A DNA stretch of 64,000 bases from Acidobacteriota bacterium (GTDB lineage: Bacteria; Acidobacteriota; UBA6911; RPQK01; JACQSY01): the NCBI GenBank assembly GCA_016211085.1, contig JACQSY010000128.1:1863-65862 (forward strand), written 5' to 3'. How positions within the stretch are numbered: the first letter of the stretch is position 1; each line of letters starts with the position of its first letter. Positions 1 to 6,797 of this stretch are shown here, piece after piece. The position numbers and the translations under genes are program-made. The notes under the pieces are model-generated. The model was not told the origin of the DNA. It did not search any database and saw nothing but the letters and a program-made list of their open reading frames with translations.

Positions 1-350
1 ACCCGCTCGTCCTGCAGAGTAGGAGTCTCATGGGCTCCTCGAATCCTTATGCCCCTTCTTACTTCCACACCATTGAACAAAAGCCAGGATTTTACAGCCT
101 TCAGGACCGACGCGATGTAGCCGCCGGCGAAGTCTTTCTTTTCCATCGCCGTGACGGTGTCCAGCAGCAAGTTGTAAAGACTTCTCTCTTTCATTTTGGT
201 CAGTTGTGCGGGGGAGACGTTGTGGAATTGCAAGAAGCCGCCGAGCCTTCTCAGATACACGTCGGCCGTCGTTCGCGATCCTCTTGACACGTTCTCGTAC
301 CAGCGCCTGACGTTTTTGTCCTCCAGGAGATGGCCATACCGCGAAGGCAT
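1..350 (-). CDS. Tyrosine recombinase/integrase-like protein, N-terminal part (gene runs off the left window edge)
   Basis: My own minus-strand translation from the ATG at 350 gives MPSRYGHLLEDKNVRRWYENVSRGSRTTADVYLRRLGGFLQFHNVSPAQLTKMKERSLYNLLLDTVTAMEKKDFAGGYIASVLKAVKSWLLFNGVEV... It stays open for 116 codons to position 1. It is absent from the ORF track because no stop lies in the window. It looks like the N-terminal core-binding (SAM-like) domain of phage-integrase family proteins. The catalytic domain is not visible. Confidence 0.5.
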   Translation of the reverse strand, partial: MPSRYGHLLEDKNVRRWYENVSRGSRTTADVYLRRLGGFLQFHNVSPAQLTKMKERSLYNLLLDTVTAMEKKDFAGGYIASVLKAVKSWLLFNGVEVRRGIRIRGAHETPTLQDER

Positions 351-444
351 AGCTATATCTGAAAGCGAACTTTCTTAAAGGTTCCGAACCCATTTGGGTA
401 TGGGCCCGACGGGATTTGGGCGCAAACGGGTCTGGGTCTTGCCA

Positions 445-499
445 TTTTGCGTCTCCTTTTGCGATTTTTGCGCGGCTTCAAAGAAGGAATATATTTCCT
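445..499. repeat. Three direct TTTTGCG repeats plus an AT-rich perfect palindrome in the divergent integrase / orc1-cdc6 intergenic region
   Basis: TTTTGCG occurs at 445-451, 457-463 and 466-472. AGGAA-TATAT-TTCCT lies at 485-499. The repeats are read directly; any function is unknown. Confidence 0.5.
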
Positions 500-720
500 G
501 CATCCAGGAGAATGTTGGCGGCTGAGATGCCAGCGATGCAGATTCACTCCATCGTTTTCATGCATGTTGCCTGCAATCTTCAAATACTTTCGTCGTCTTC
601 AACCATCGTGACCGCACGAGGCCGGACAGTCGGCACGCAAATCGCTCGTTGCGTTGTAGTGGGCGGCAAAAGCGTCACCAGCAAAACACGCAACACACAC
701 ACCCCCCGTCTCTTCAAACG

Positions 721-754
721 AATAACCCGCAATCTTCCTGCGTTCCCCTTTAAT
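721..754 (+). promoter_or_regulatory. Island-specific box AATAACCCGCAAT, then N15, then TTTAAT, 24 nt upstream of the orc1/cdc6-like copy 1 ATG
   Basis: The box is at 721-733, TTTAAT at 749-754 and the ATG at 778. The same architecture recurs at 2165, 6556, 15416 and 25869 (see findings); the copy at 3527 has the box but no clean TTTAA element. Confidence 0.45.
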
Positions 755-777
755 TTCTGTCCACCGCTGTCTGTAGG

Positions 778-1806
778 ATGCAACCGGCTTTCAGGGATCC
801 GACAGCTTTCGCCGAAGCGTTCCTGCCACCACGCTTTGTCAACAGGGAGAATGAAATCTCTCGTCTTCGCTCATGCCTGATGCCGGTTGTGCAGCAAAGG
901 CCAGTGAAACACGTCTGGATTCATGGCCAGCCCGGAACAGGCAAGACCTCGGTCGCGAAGTTCCTGCTCAACGAACTCGAAGACAGGCACGGCATCCGTG
1001 GCGTCTATGTGAATTGTTGGGAAACCGAGACCTTTTACGGGGTACTCGACAAGTTGGTGCGCGATTTCCGCCTGCTCGGCGCAGAGCGCCTGAGCACGCT
1101 CTTCAAGATGGAACGGCTCGAGAAGCACCTGACAGGAAAACCGCTGCTCGTAGTCCTCGACGAAATTGACAAGCCCTCGCCAAAAGAAAGGGACCGGATC
1201 ATTTACAGTTTCTGCAGTATTCCAAACGTCGCCCTGGTCTGCGTGTGCAACAGCCGCTACTTTTTCTACACGCTCGACAGCCGCGTGAGGTCTCGGCTCA
1301 ATCCAATCCTCATGGAGTTTCGGCCTTACGCTTCTGAACAGATTATGGAAATCCTGCGGCAGCGCGCGGAACTCGGGTTTGGAGGTGAAGCGATCCAGGA
1401 GCTCGTCTTGAAAAAGATAGCGAACATTTCCGAGGGCGACGCAAGAATTGCGATTCAGACGTTGCGGCACGCGATGATCCAGACAGAACAGCACGGCGGC
1501 AAGATCCTGTCGGCGCATCTCAAGAGCGGTTACGCCGCTGCCCGAAACGCCAAGAAAAAATATCTCATCGCCCGTCTGACTGACCATCACAGACTAATCT
1601 ACCAGCTCATTCAGACAGAGACAGAAATTCAATCCGGGCCACTATGGAAGGAGTACCTCGAGCATTGCAATCGTCTGCGTTGGCAACCTGTTGCCTCACG
1701 AACGTTCACGCTGTATCTGAAACAGTTGGAGCAACTGGAGCTGGTCACGCACCGGCGAGCGCTGGGGATCAAAGGGAACGTGCGGATCTTTCAGATGAGG
1801 GAATAG
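778..1806 (+). CDS. Orc1/Cdc6-like AAA+ ATPase with C-terminal winged helix, copy 1
   Basis: Lead-in FLPPRFVNRENEISRL, Walker A GQPGTGKTS, Walker B LLVVLDEID, and a C-terminal RTFTLYLKQLEQLELV...GNVRIF winged-helix-like tail. 342 aa. Confidence 0.85.
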   Translation: MQPAFRDPTAFAEAFLPPRFVNRENEISRLRSCLMPVVQQRPVKHVWIHGQPGTGKTSVAKFLLNELEDRHGIRGVYVNCWETETFYGVLDKLVRDFRLLGAERLSTLFKMERLEKHLTGKPLLVVLDEIDKPSPKERDRIIYSFCSIPNVALVCVCNSRYFFYTLDSRVRSRLNPILMEFRPYASEQIMEILRQRAELGFGGEAIQELVLKKIANISEGDARIAIQTLRHAMIQTEQHGGKILSAHLKSGYAAARNAKKKYLIARLTDHHRLIYQLIQTETEIQSGPLWKEYLEHCNRLRWQPVASRTFTLYLKQLEQLELVTHRRALGIKGNVRIFQMRE

Positions 1807-1847
1807 CACTGCTGCAAGGCTCAGCCACTTGTGTGCGTCTTCACAAA

Positions 1848-1910
1848 AGGTGATGACGAACGACCAGGCTTTCCCGCCTGCTCGACGGAGTCCCCACTTG
1901 TGCCGACTTC
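1848..1910 (+). pseudogene. Remnant of a methyltransferase 5' leader and first ~16 codons
   Basis: AGGTGA, then 6 nt, then ACG ACC AGG CTT TCC CGC CTG CTC GAC GGA GTC ... TGT GCC GAC. This aligns with the leaders of the MTase genes at 3609 and 6756 (peptides TTRLSRLLDGVPTCAD vs TKDIFRLLGRVHCADA and TTGLSRLLGKVHCTDA). Similarity then ends and no SPPY motif follows. Confidence 0.35.
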
Positions 1911-2164
1911 TCGCACCGCTATGCCAAATCCGAGAACAGCTCTTTGATGAGGTTCCTCCTTTTACTCCTTCTGAAGGAGATACCAGTCAACGAAGTCAGC
2001 GGCGTTGAGTGACATCCAAAGAAAAATGCCTGCCTGAGATTCATTTTTCTTCGAGGTTGGTTGCATCTCATGCAGCCAATGTGGAATCTGCGCCAGGTAG
2101 GAAGGGCGACGATATTCGTTGCACGAGGAGCGTTCTTGTCCAAAAGTTGCCAGCGGCGGCTGTT

Positions 2165-2207
2165 CTTACCCGCAAGAAACGCAATGTGTGGTCGTTTGAT
2201 ATTTAAA
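2165..2207 (+). promoter_or_regulatory. Box CTTACCCGCAAG, then N25, then TTTAAA, 23 nt upstream of the orc1/cdc6-like copy 2 ATG
   Basis: The box is at 2165-2176, TTTAAA at 2202-2207 and the ATG at 2230. The 14-nt string TTCTTACCCGCAAG is identical to 25867-25880. Confidence 0.45.
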
Positions 2208-2229
2208 GTCATCGGCCCAACCCAAAAGC

Positions 2230-3258
2230 ATGAGAGCCGGAAGGATTCTTCTCAGCCCGGATGTTCTAGAGGAAAGCTATATTCCTCGCGAAATCCATGG
2301 AAGGCGAGCACAACTGGATCAGCTCCGAAATTGCTTGGCTCCGGCTCGGCGAAACATGCGGCCACTCCATACTCTCCTCGTCGGACCTCCGGGCACCGGA
2401 AAGACGGCTTTAGCCATCAGTGTGCTGAGAAGTGTCCGAAAAAACTCGATAGCCCGTGCACATGTGGACTGCTGGCGCCATGGCAGCCTGTACTCAGTGG
2501 TGGAGAAAATAGCGAAAGAGTTGCAGGTGATTGATGCTCAGCGAATCAGCACCGATTTCAAAATCCAACAGATCGCCAAGAGTCTGAAGGGACGCCCTTT
2601 GGTCGTAACGCTGGACGAGGTTGACAAGCTCCCACCGCGGGTGAGAAGGGATACCCTATACGGGCTGTTAACCATTCCAAGGACAGGCCTGGTTTGTATC
2701 GTGCAGGACGAGTATTTCTTCGAATCGCTTCCCCACGAACTCAAGTCCAGGCTCTGCCCGACGCGCATCGATTTCCAGCCTTACGAGTTGGACGACATGG
2801 TGAAAATTCTTACTGATCGATGCACGCAGGCACTCAGAAGGGGCAGCATCGAGGCTAGCTTGGTGAGAGAGATTGCTCTGCAGGCTGGTGGAAATGCGCG
2901 CCAAGGTCTTGAAATTATCAGGGCTGCCGCTTCTCTCGTCCAACACAGGGCTGCCGGCAAGGTTACCAGAGCCTACGCCAAGCTTTCGTTAGCGGGAGCA
3001 AACGACAGCAAGACGCACTACGTTCTCGACCAGAATCCCCATCTTCGCAAAATCTATGAGCTTGTGAAGAGCAATCCCGGAATCCTTTCGGGGCCACTGT
3101 GGTCGTTGTACAGAAAGCAGTGTCTAAAGAATAAAGAACAACCTGTAGCAGAGAGGACGTTCTCGCTGTATCTAAACCAGCTCGCCTCTCGGAAGCTGGT
3201 TGTCTCCGAGAAGGCTCTGGTCAGAGGAAACGTGAGGAGATATCGGACCTCGGAATAG
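2230..3258 (+). CDS. Orc1/Cdc6-like AAA+ ATPase with C-terminal winged helix, copy 2
   Basis: YIPREIHGRRAQLDQLRNCL lead-in, Walker A GPPGTGKTA, Walker B LVVTLDEVD, tail RTFSLYLNQLASRKLV...GNVRRY. It is a paralog of copies 1 and 3. Confidence 0.85.
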   Translation: MRAGRILLSPDVLEESYIPREIHGRRAQLDQLRNCLAPARRNMRPLHTLLVGPPGTGKTALAISVLRSVRKNSIARAHVDCWRHGSLYSVVEKIAKELQVIDAQRISTDFKIQQIAKSLKGRPLVVTLDEVDKLPPRVRRDTLYGLLTIPRTGLVCIVQDEYFFESLPHELKSRLCPTRIDFQPYELDDMVKILTDRCTQALRRGSIEASLVREIALQAGGNARQGLEIIRAAASLVQHRAAGKVTRAYAKLSLAGANDSKTHYVLDQNPHLRKIYELVKSNPGILSGPLWSLYRKQCLKNKEQPVAERTFSLYLNQLASRKLVVSEKALVRGNVRRYRTSE

Positions 3259-3526
3259 TGAATTCCCTCCAGAAGTTCTACTCCCCTGCCTGCTGGCGGC
3301 ACCGGTTGATCACAGACGGCGAAACCTCGGATTCGCGCGCAGCCTGGACGCTCTTCTGACCGGCGGCGGTCTCGGCCACCGCCTGTTGGAGCATGGATCA
3401 AGGCTGCTGGAAGAACTGGTTAAAGTGTTGCGTTTTTTGATGGCGCGCCGCTCGCTCGAAAGCAGCTTGCGCATCTTCGTAGCTTGGCCAACGACACCCG
3501 AGGCAAATCTATCCCTGCCTTAGCGG

Positions 3527-3539
3527 AATAACCCGCAAT
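3527..3539 (+). promoter_or_regulatory. Box AATAACCCGCAAT upstream of methyltransferase 1
   Basis: It is an exact 13-mer copy of 721-733 and lies 82 nt upstream of the AGGTGA ribosome-binding-like site at 3609. No clean TTTAA element follows. Confidence 0.35.
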
Positions 3540-3650
3540 GAAGACGCGTTAACAATTTCCTTCTTTCCGTTCGTAGGTGAAAGCAGCTTGAGTATCGAGG
3601 TCATCCTCAGGTGATGGAGCACGAAAGATATTTTCCGCCTGCTCGGCAGG

Positions 3651-5063
3651 GTGCATTGCGCGGATGCGGTCACATTCATAAGCAAGCTGCCGGACCGATG
3701 CATTGACTTCGTCATGACGTCGCCGCCTTATTGGGGGCTCAGGGATTACAGCGTCCAGCCACAGATTTGGGACGGCAATCCAAACTGCGAGCATGAGTGG
3801 TACGAACACCCGATGACCCTGATTCATGAAAATCGAAACAATCTTCGGGGCGCGCAAGAAGAGGTGGCAGGTAAGACAGGCACGGCGTTCATCAAGAAGC
3901 TCGACGACAAGACCGCAGCATGCTGTACCAACTGCCGCGCATGGCGAGGGGAGCTCGGGCTGGAGCCCTACTTCTTCATGTACATAGATCACCTCTGCCA
4001 GATTTTTGACGAAGTGAAGCGGGTGCGGAAGCCTGCTGGCACACTGTGGGTCAACCTCGGCGACACCTATAACTCTCACTCTGCTCGCAGTAAGGATGTA
4101 GGTGGATTTCAGGGGAGGCAGATGAGGAACAACAGAGACTATGCAAATGCGGTAGTCGTCCCCAAGAAGACCGGCGTTCCTGATAAATCCCTCTGCCAAA
4201 TCCCCAACCGCTTTGCAATCGAGATGACAAACCGAGGCTGGATTCTCCGAAACGAACTGATTTGGTGGAAGCCAAACTGCATGCCCAGCAGTGCAAGGGA
4301 CCGCTTCACCGTCGACTTCGAGAAGATTTTTTTCTTCGCCAAGGAGAAGAAGTACTTCTTCGAGACACAGTACGAGCCTTATAAAGACCCACAACAAATG
4401 GCGGCATATTATGCCGAAGACGCTATCAGTTCAGTGAAGCCTTTTCACCGACGAGAATCCCCGTTCCAAGTCACCTCTCGAACACAACCAAATCGATCTA
4501 CTGCTGATCGCGATAACTTCATCATCAACAAATCGTCCATCGATCCTGGTGGTCGCAACAAGCGCACCGTTTGGCGCATCCCGACCAAACCTTTCCCGGA
4601 GGCGCACTTCGCCGTCTACCCGCCAGAGCTGGTCGAGACGCCGATAAAGGCAGGCTGCCCCGAGTTCGTATGCAGGAAGTGCGGGAGGCCGCGCGAGAAG
4701 ATTCTCAACAACAATCAAGAGCGAGTTTATGACTACAAGCAAATCGGAATTCCTCGAGAAAGCGACCAGAGAGGCCGCAGAACCGATCCCTGTGGGATTG
4801 CTGACTATTCTTTTGTCGGCTACACCGGCTGCGACTGCAACGCCGGCCTCCGCGCCGGAATTGTCTTCGACCCTTTCGCGGGCGCAGGAACCACGTTGGT
4901 GGTCGCAAAGAAACTCGGCAGGCTCTATCTGGGCTGTGAGTTGAATCCTGCTTACGTCAGGATCGCAAGGCAGAGGCTTGCCAGAGTACCCTCAGACAAG
5001 GCTGCCGGCCCTCGCGCAGCATCACTCGCAAAATCATCGTGGGAGCAATCCACGACTTCTTAA
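3651..5063 (+). CDS. DNA methyltransferase, beta-class N4-C/N6-A family (motif IV before motif I), with internal Cys-x2-Cys insert; copy 1
   Basis: Motif IV is DFVMTSPPYWGLRDY near the N-terminus and motif I is VFDPFAGAGTT near the C-terminus. CRKCGRP lies upstream of motif I. The start is ambiguous: conserved codons extend upstream of the GTG at 3651, and an ACG at 3621 sits 6 nt after AGGTGA. Confidence 0.85.
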   Translation: MHCADAVTFISKLPDRCIDFVMTSPPYWGLRDYSVQPQIWDGNPNCEHEWYEHPMTLIHENRNNLRGAQEEVAGKTGTAFIKKLDDKTAACCTNCRAWRGELGLEPYFFMYIDHLCQIFDEVKRVRKPAGTLWVNLGDTYNSHSARSKDVGGFQGRQMRNNRDYANAVVVPKKTGVPDKSLCQIPNRFAIEMTNRGWILRNELIWWKPNCMPSSARDRFTVDFEKIFFFAKEKKYFFETQYEPYKDPQQMAAYYAEDAISSVKPFHRRESPFQVTSRTQPNRSTADRDNFIINKSSIDPGGRNKRTVWRIPTKPFPEAHFAVYPPELVETPIKAGCPEFVCRKCGRPREKILNNNQERVYDYKQIGIPRESDQRGRRTDPCGIADYSFVGYTGCDCNAGLRAGIVFDPFAGAGTTLVVAKKLGRLYLGCELNPAYVRIARQRLARVPSDKAAGPRAASLAKSSWEQSTTS

Positions 5064-5074
5064 AAAGTCTTACC

Positions 5075-5314
5075 ATGGCCTCCTGCACCAAGGAGCTAGA
5101 CTGGATATTTGAACACGAATTCGAAGACGCGAAACTGTGGGCTCGGAAGGAAAAGGATTTGATAGCAGAGCTGCTTTCAGACCTGCAGGAACAGGAAGCC
5201 GAACCGAGGCCTTTCGACATCGAGCATTACTTTCAGGAACGCCTGGAGGTATCAAAGCGCAACGTCGAGCAAATTAGGAAGGAAGTGGATACACGCCTGG
5301 AGATGTATTGCTGA
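5075..5314 (+). CDS. Hypothetical small acidic protein
   Basis: The ORF starts at the ATG at 5075 and encodes 79 aa (MASCTKELDWIFEHEFEDAKLW...). I recognised no motif. Confidence 0.3.
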   Translation: MASCTKELDWIFEHEFEDAKLWARKEKDLIAELLSDLQEQEAEPRPFDIEHYFQERLEVSKRNVEQIRKEVDTRLEMYC

Positions 5315-5332
5315 GCTTATTCGCCGAAGACC

Positions 5333-5584
5333 TTGAGCATTGCCCTACCGGTGTCTACAGCTCTGGTGTCACAAGCAACAGAGATTGCAAGACGGCATGC
5401 AGTTAAGGCAGGAGACGCTATTCACATTGCAAGTGCTTTAAGATTAAGGCAGGCCCCTTCTCCGGAAGTTGTGTTCGTGACAAGCGACAGAGAACTCTTA
5501 CAAGCGAGTCAGGTGGCCGGATTCGCAACCCTCAATCCCGAAGCTGATGATGCATTGGAGACATTGAGTGATTGGAGAAGATGA
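5333..5584 (+). pseudogene. PIN-domain (VapC-like) C-terminal fragment
   Basis: ...AVKAGDAIHIASALRL...VVFVTSDRELLQASQVAGF matches the C-terminal half of PIN toxins. The N-terminal acidic-residue strand is missing. It is in the same frame as the upstream ORF but separated from it by a TGA at 5312-5314. Confidence 0.4.
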
Positions 5585-5696
5585 TTTATCTCGTAGGATA
5601 GTAGTTTCGAAAGCTCGCCAATATATTTCTCGCACAGCCATCACTCCAAGCTGCTTAAGCAAGCTCTACCGTAGCGGCGCAAGCGTGCGCATGTCC

Positions 5697-6476
5697 CTAC
5701 ATGTCTCCAAGCCTGACCCAGTGATACCATCCTTCGAGGCTGAGTTCCCTGGCCCAGGCATCGACAATACACATGTCGCCGGCGTGACCTCTGTCGGGCT
5801 CCCTGAGGTATGAGTCCAGCTTTTCCCCTATCTCGGCAAATCCTTGCTCCACATAGGGAACGGTCAGATACGGCTCATCCAACAGCTTGCCAATCGCCTT
5901 CGCCAGAACGTAGTTCATGGTGTTTGATTTTGCGTAGATTGGCGGCGGTGTCCACTTCCTTATTTCAGACTCAAGGCATCGCAGCGATGTGGCATGCAGT
6001 GTGTGGAGTGCGGAAGCCTGAATCTCTCTCAGCCACTCGAAGTTCTCATAAACCCATGCATCGATTCTGCAATCTGCGGGGATGCTTGTCAGCTGCCGTA
6101 CGAGCCCGAAGCACAGCGACTCGAGAAACTGGTCCGACAAGTCTCTGGAAATCACAGGCCGCAGCTTCCAGTGTTCAGCGACCTGCCGTTTTGCTCTCGA
6201 GAGGCCTGCGGCATACGTGGCTGGCACAAGGCGATCCTCAGGCCTTGCGGTAAAGAATCGGTAGATGTGGCCGCATTCGTGGGCGATGAGGTAATCGAGG
6301 AACTTTTCGCAGGAGGGATTGTAGGAGACAAGGCAGTTTTTTTCACCTTGCCTTGGATAGCGAGTGGAACTCCAGACATCGAGGTTCGAGTCGCTGCTGA
6401 CCACAATGGTATATCCGCTCATCGAAGCGGCGGACTCCAGAATGCCCCGAGTGTGCGCACGCAAAGAGGACAACAC
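5697..6476 (-). CDS. Hypothetical protein with HExxH metallopeptidase-like motif
   Basis: 259 aa containing LIAHECGHIY. This is a single-motif call only. The gene is encoded antisense between the two MTase genes. Confidence 0.45.
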   Translation of the reverse strand: MLSSLRAHTRGILESAASMSGYTIVVSSDSNLDVWSSTRYPRQGEKNCLVSYNPSCEKFLDYLIAHECGHIYRFFTARPEDRLVPATYAAGLSRAKRQVAEHWKLRPVISRDLSDQFLESLCFGLVRQLTSIPADCRIDAWVYENFEWLREIQASALHTLHATSLRCLESEIRKWTPPPIYAKSNTMNYVLAKAIGKLLDEPYLTVPYVEQGFAEIGEKLDSYLREPDRGHAGDMCIVDAWARELSLEGWYHWVRLGDM

Positions 6477-6555
6477 GTCCTCTTCTGGCTCTGTTTCTTT
6501 AAATAGCTTGCTCAGGCATGCCCCAAGTCTTGCGGATATGCCGGTTCGTGAAACG

Positions 6556-6589
6556 AATAACCTGCAACAAGCCCGCAGGATTCTTTAAT
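6556..6589 (+). promoter_or_regulatory. Box AATAACCTGCAAC, then N15, then TTTAAT, upstream of methyltransferase 2
   Basis: The box is at 6556-6568 (one mismatch to 721-733; the shared flank is AAACGAATAACC) and TTTAAT is at 6584-6589. The 15-nt spacing is the same as at 721. Confidence 0.4.
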
Positions 6590-6797
6590 TCTTTTCCCTG
6601 GCTTATCGTTGGAAATGCCTTACCCAACAGCCAACGGAACGCTGCATCCGCTTTCAGAATTGCACCTGCCGTTAATATTCGTCGGACGGGAAGCCGAGAT
6701 TAAGGGAATGCGCAGGATGGAGTAGCGCCACGCGGTGCAGAGTCGGGCTCTGAATAGGTGATGAAAAACGACAGGACTGTCTCGTCTGCTTGGAAAG

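Noticed and set aside
871-1590. A 239-aa minus-strand ORF.
   Set aside because: It lies entirely antisense to the strongly supported Orc1/Cdc6-like gene 778-1806. It has no motif, and such shadow ORFs are typical of GC-rich coding DNA.
3549-4397. A 282-aa minus-strand ORF.
   Set aside because: It is antisense to the methyltransferase gene, which carries clear SPPY and FxGxG motifs. No motif supports the antisense ORF.
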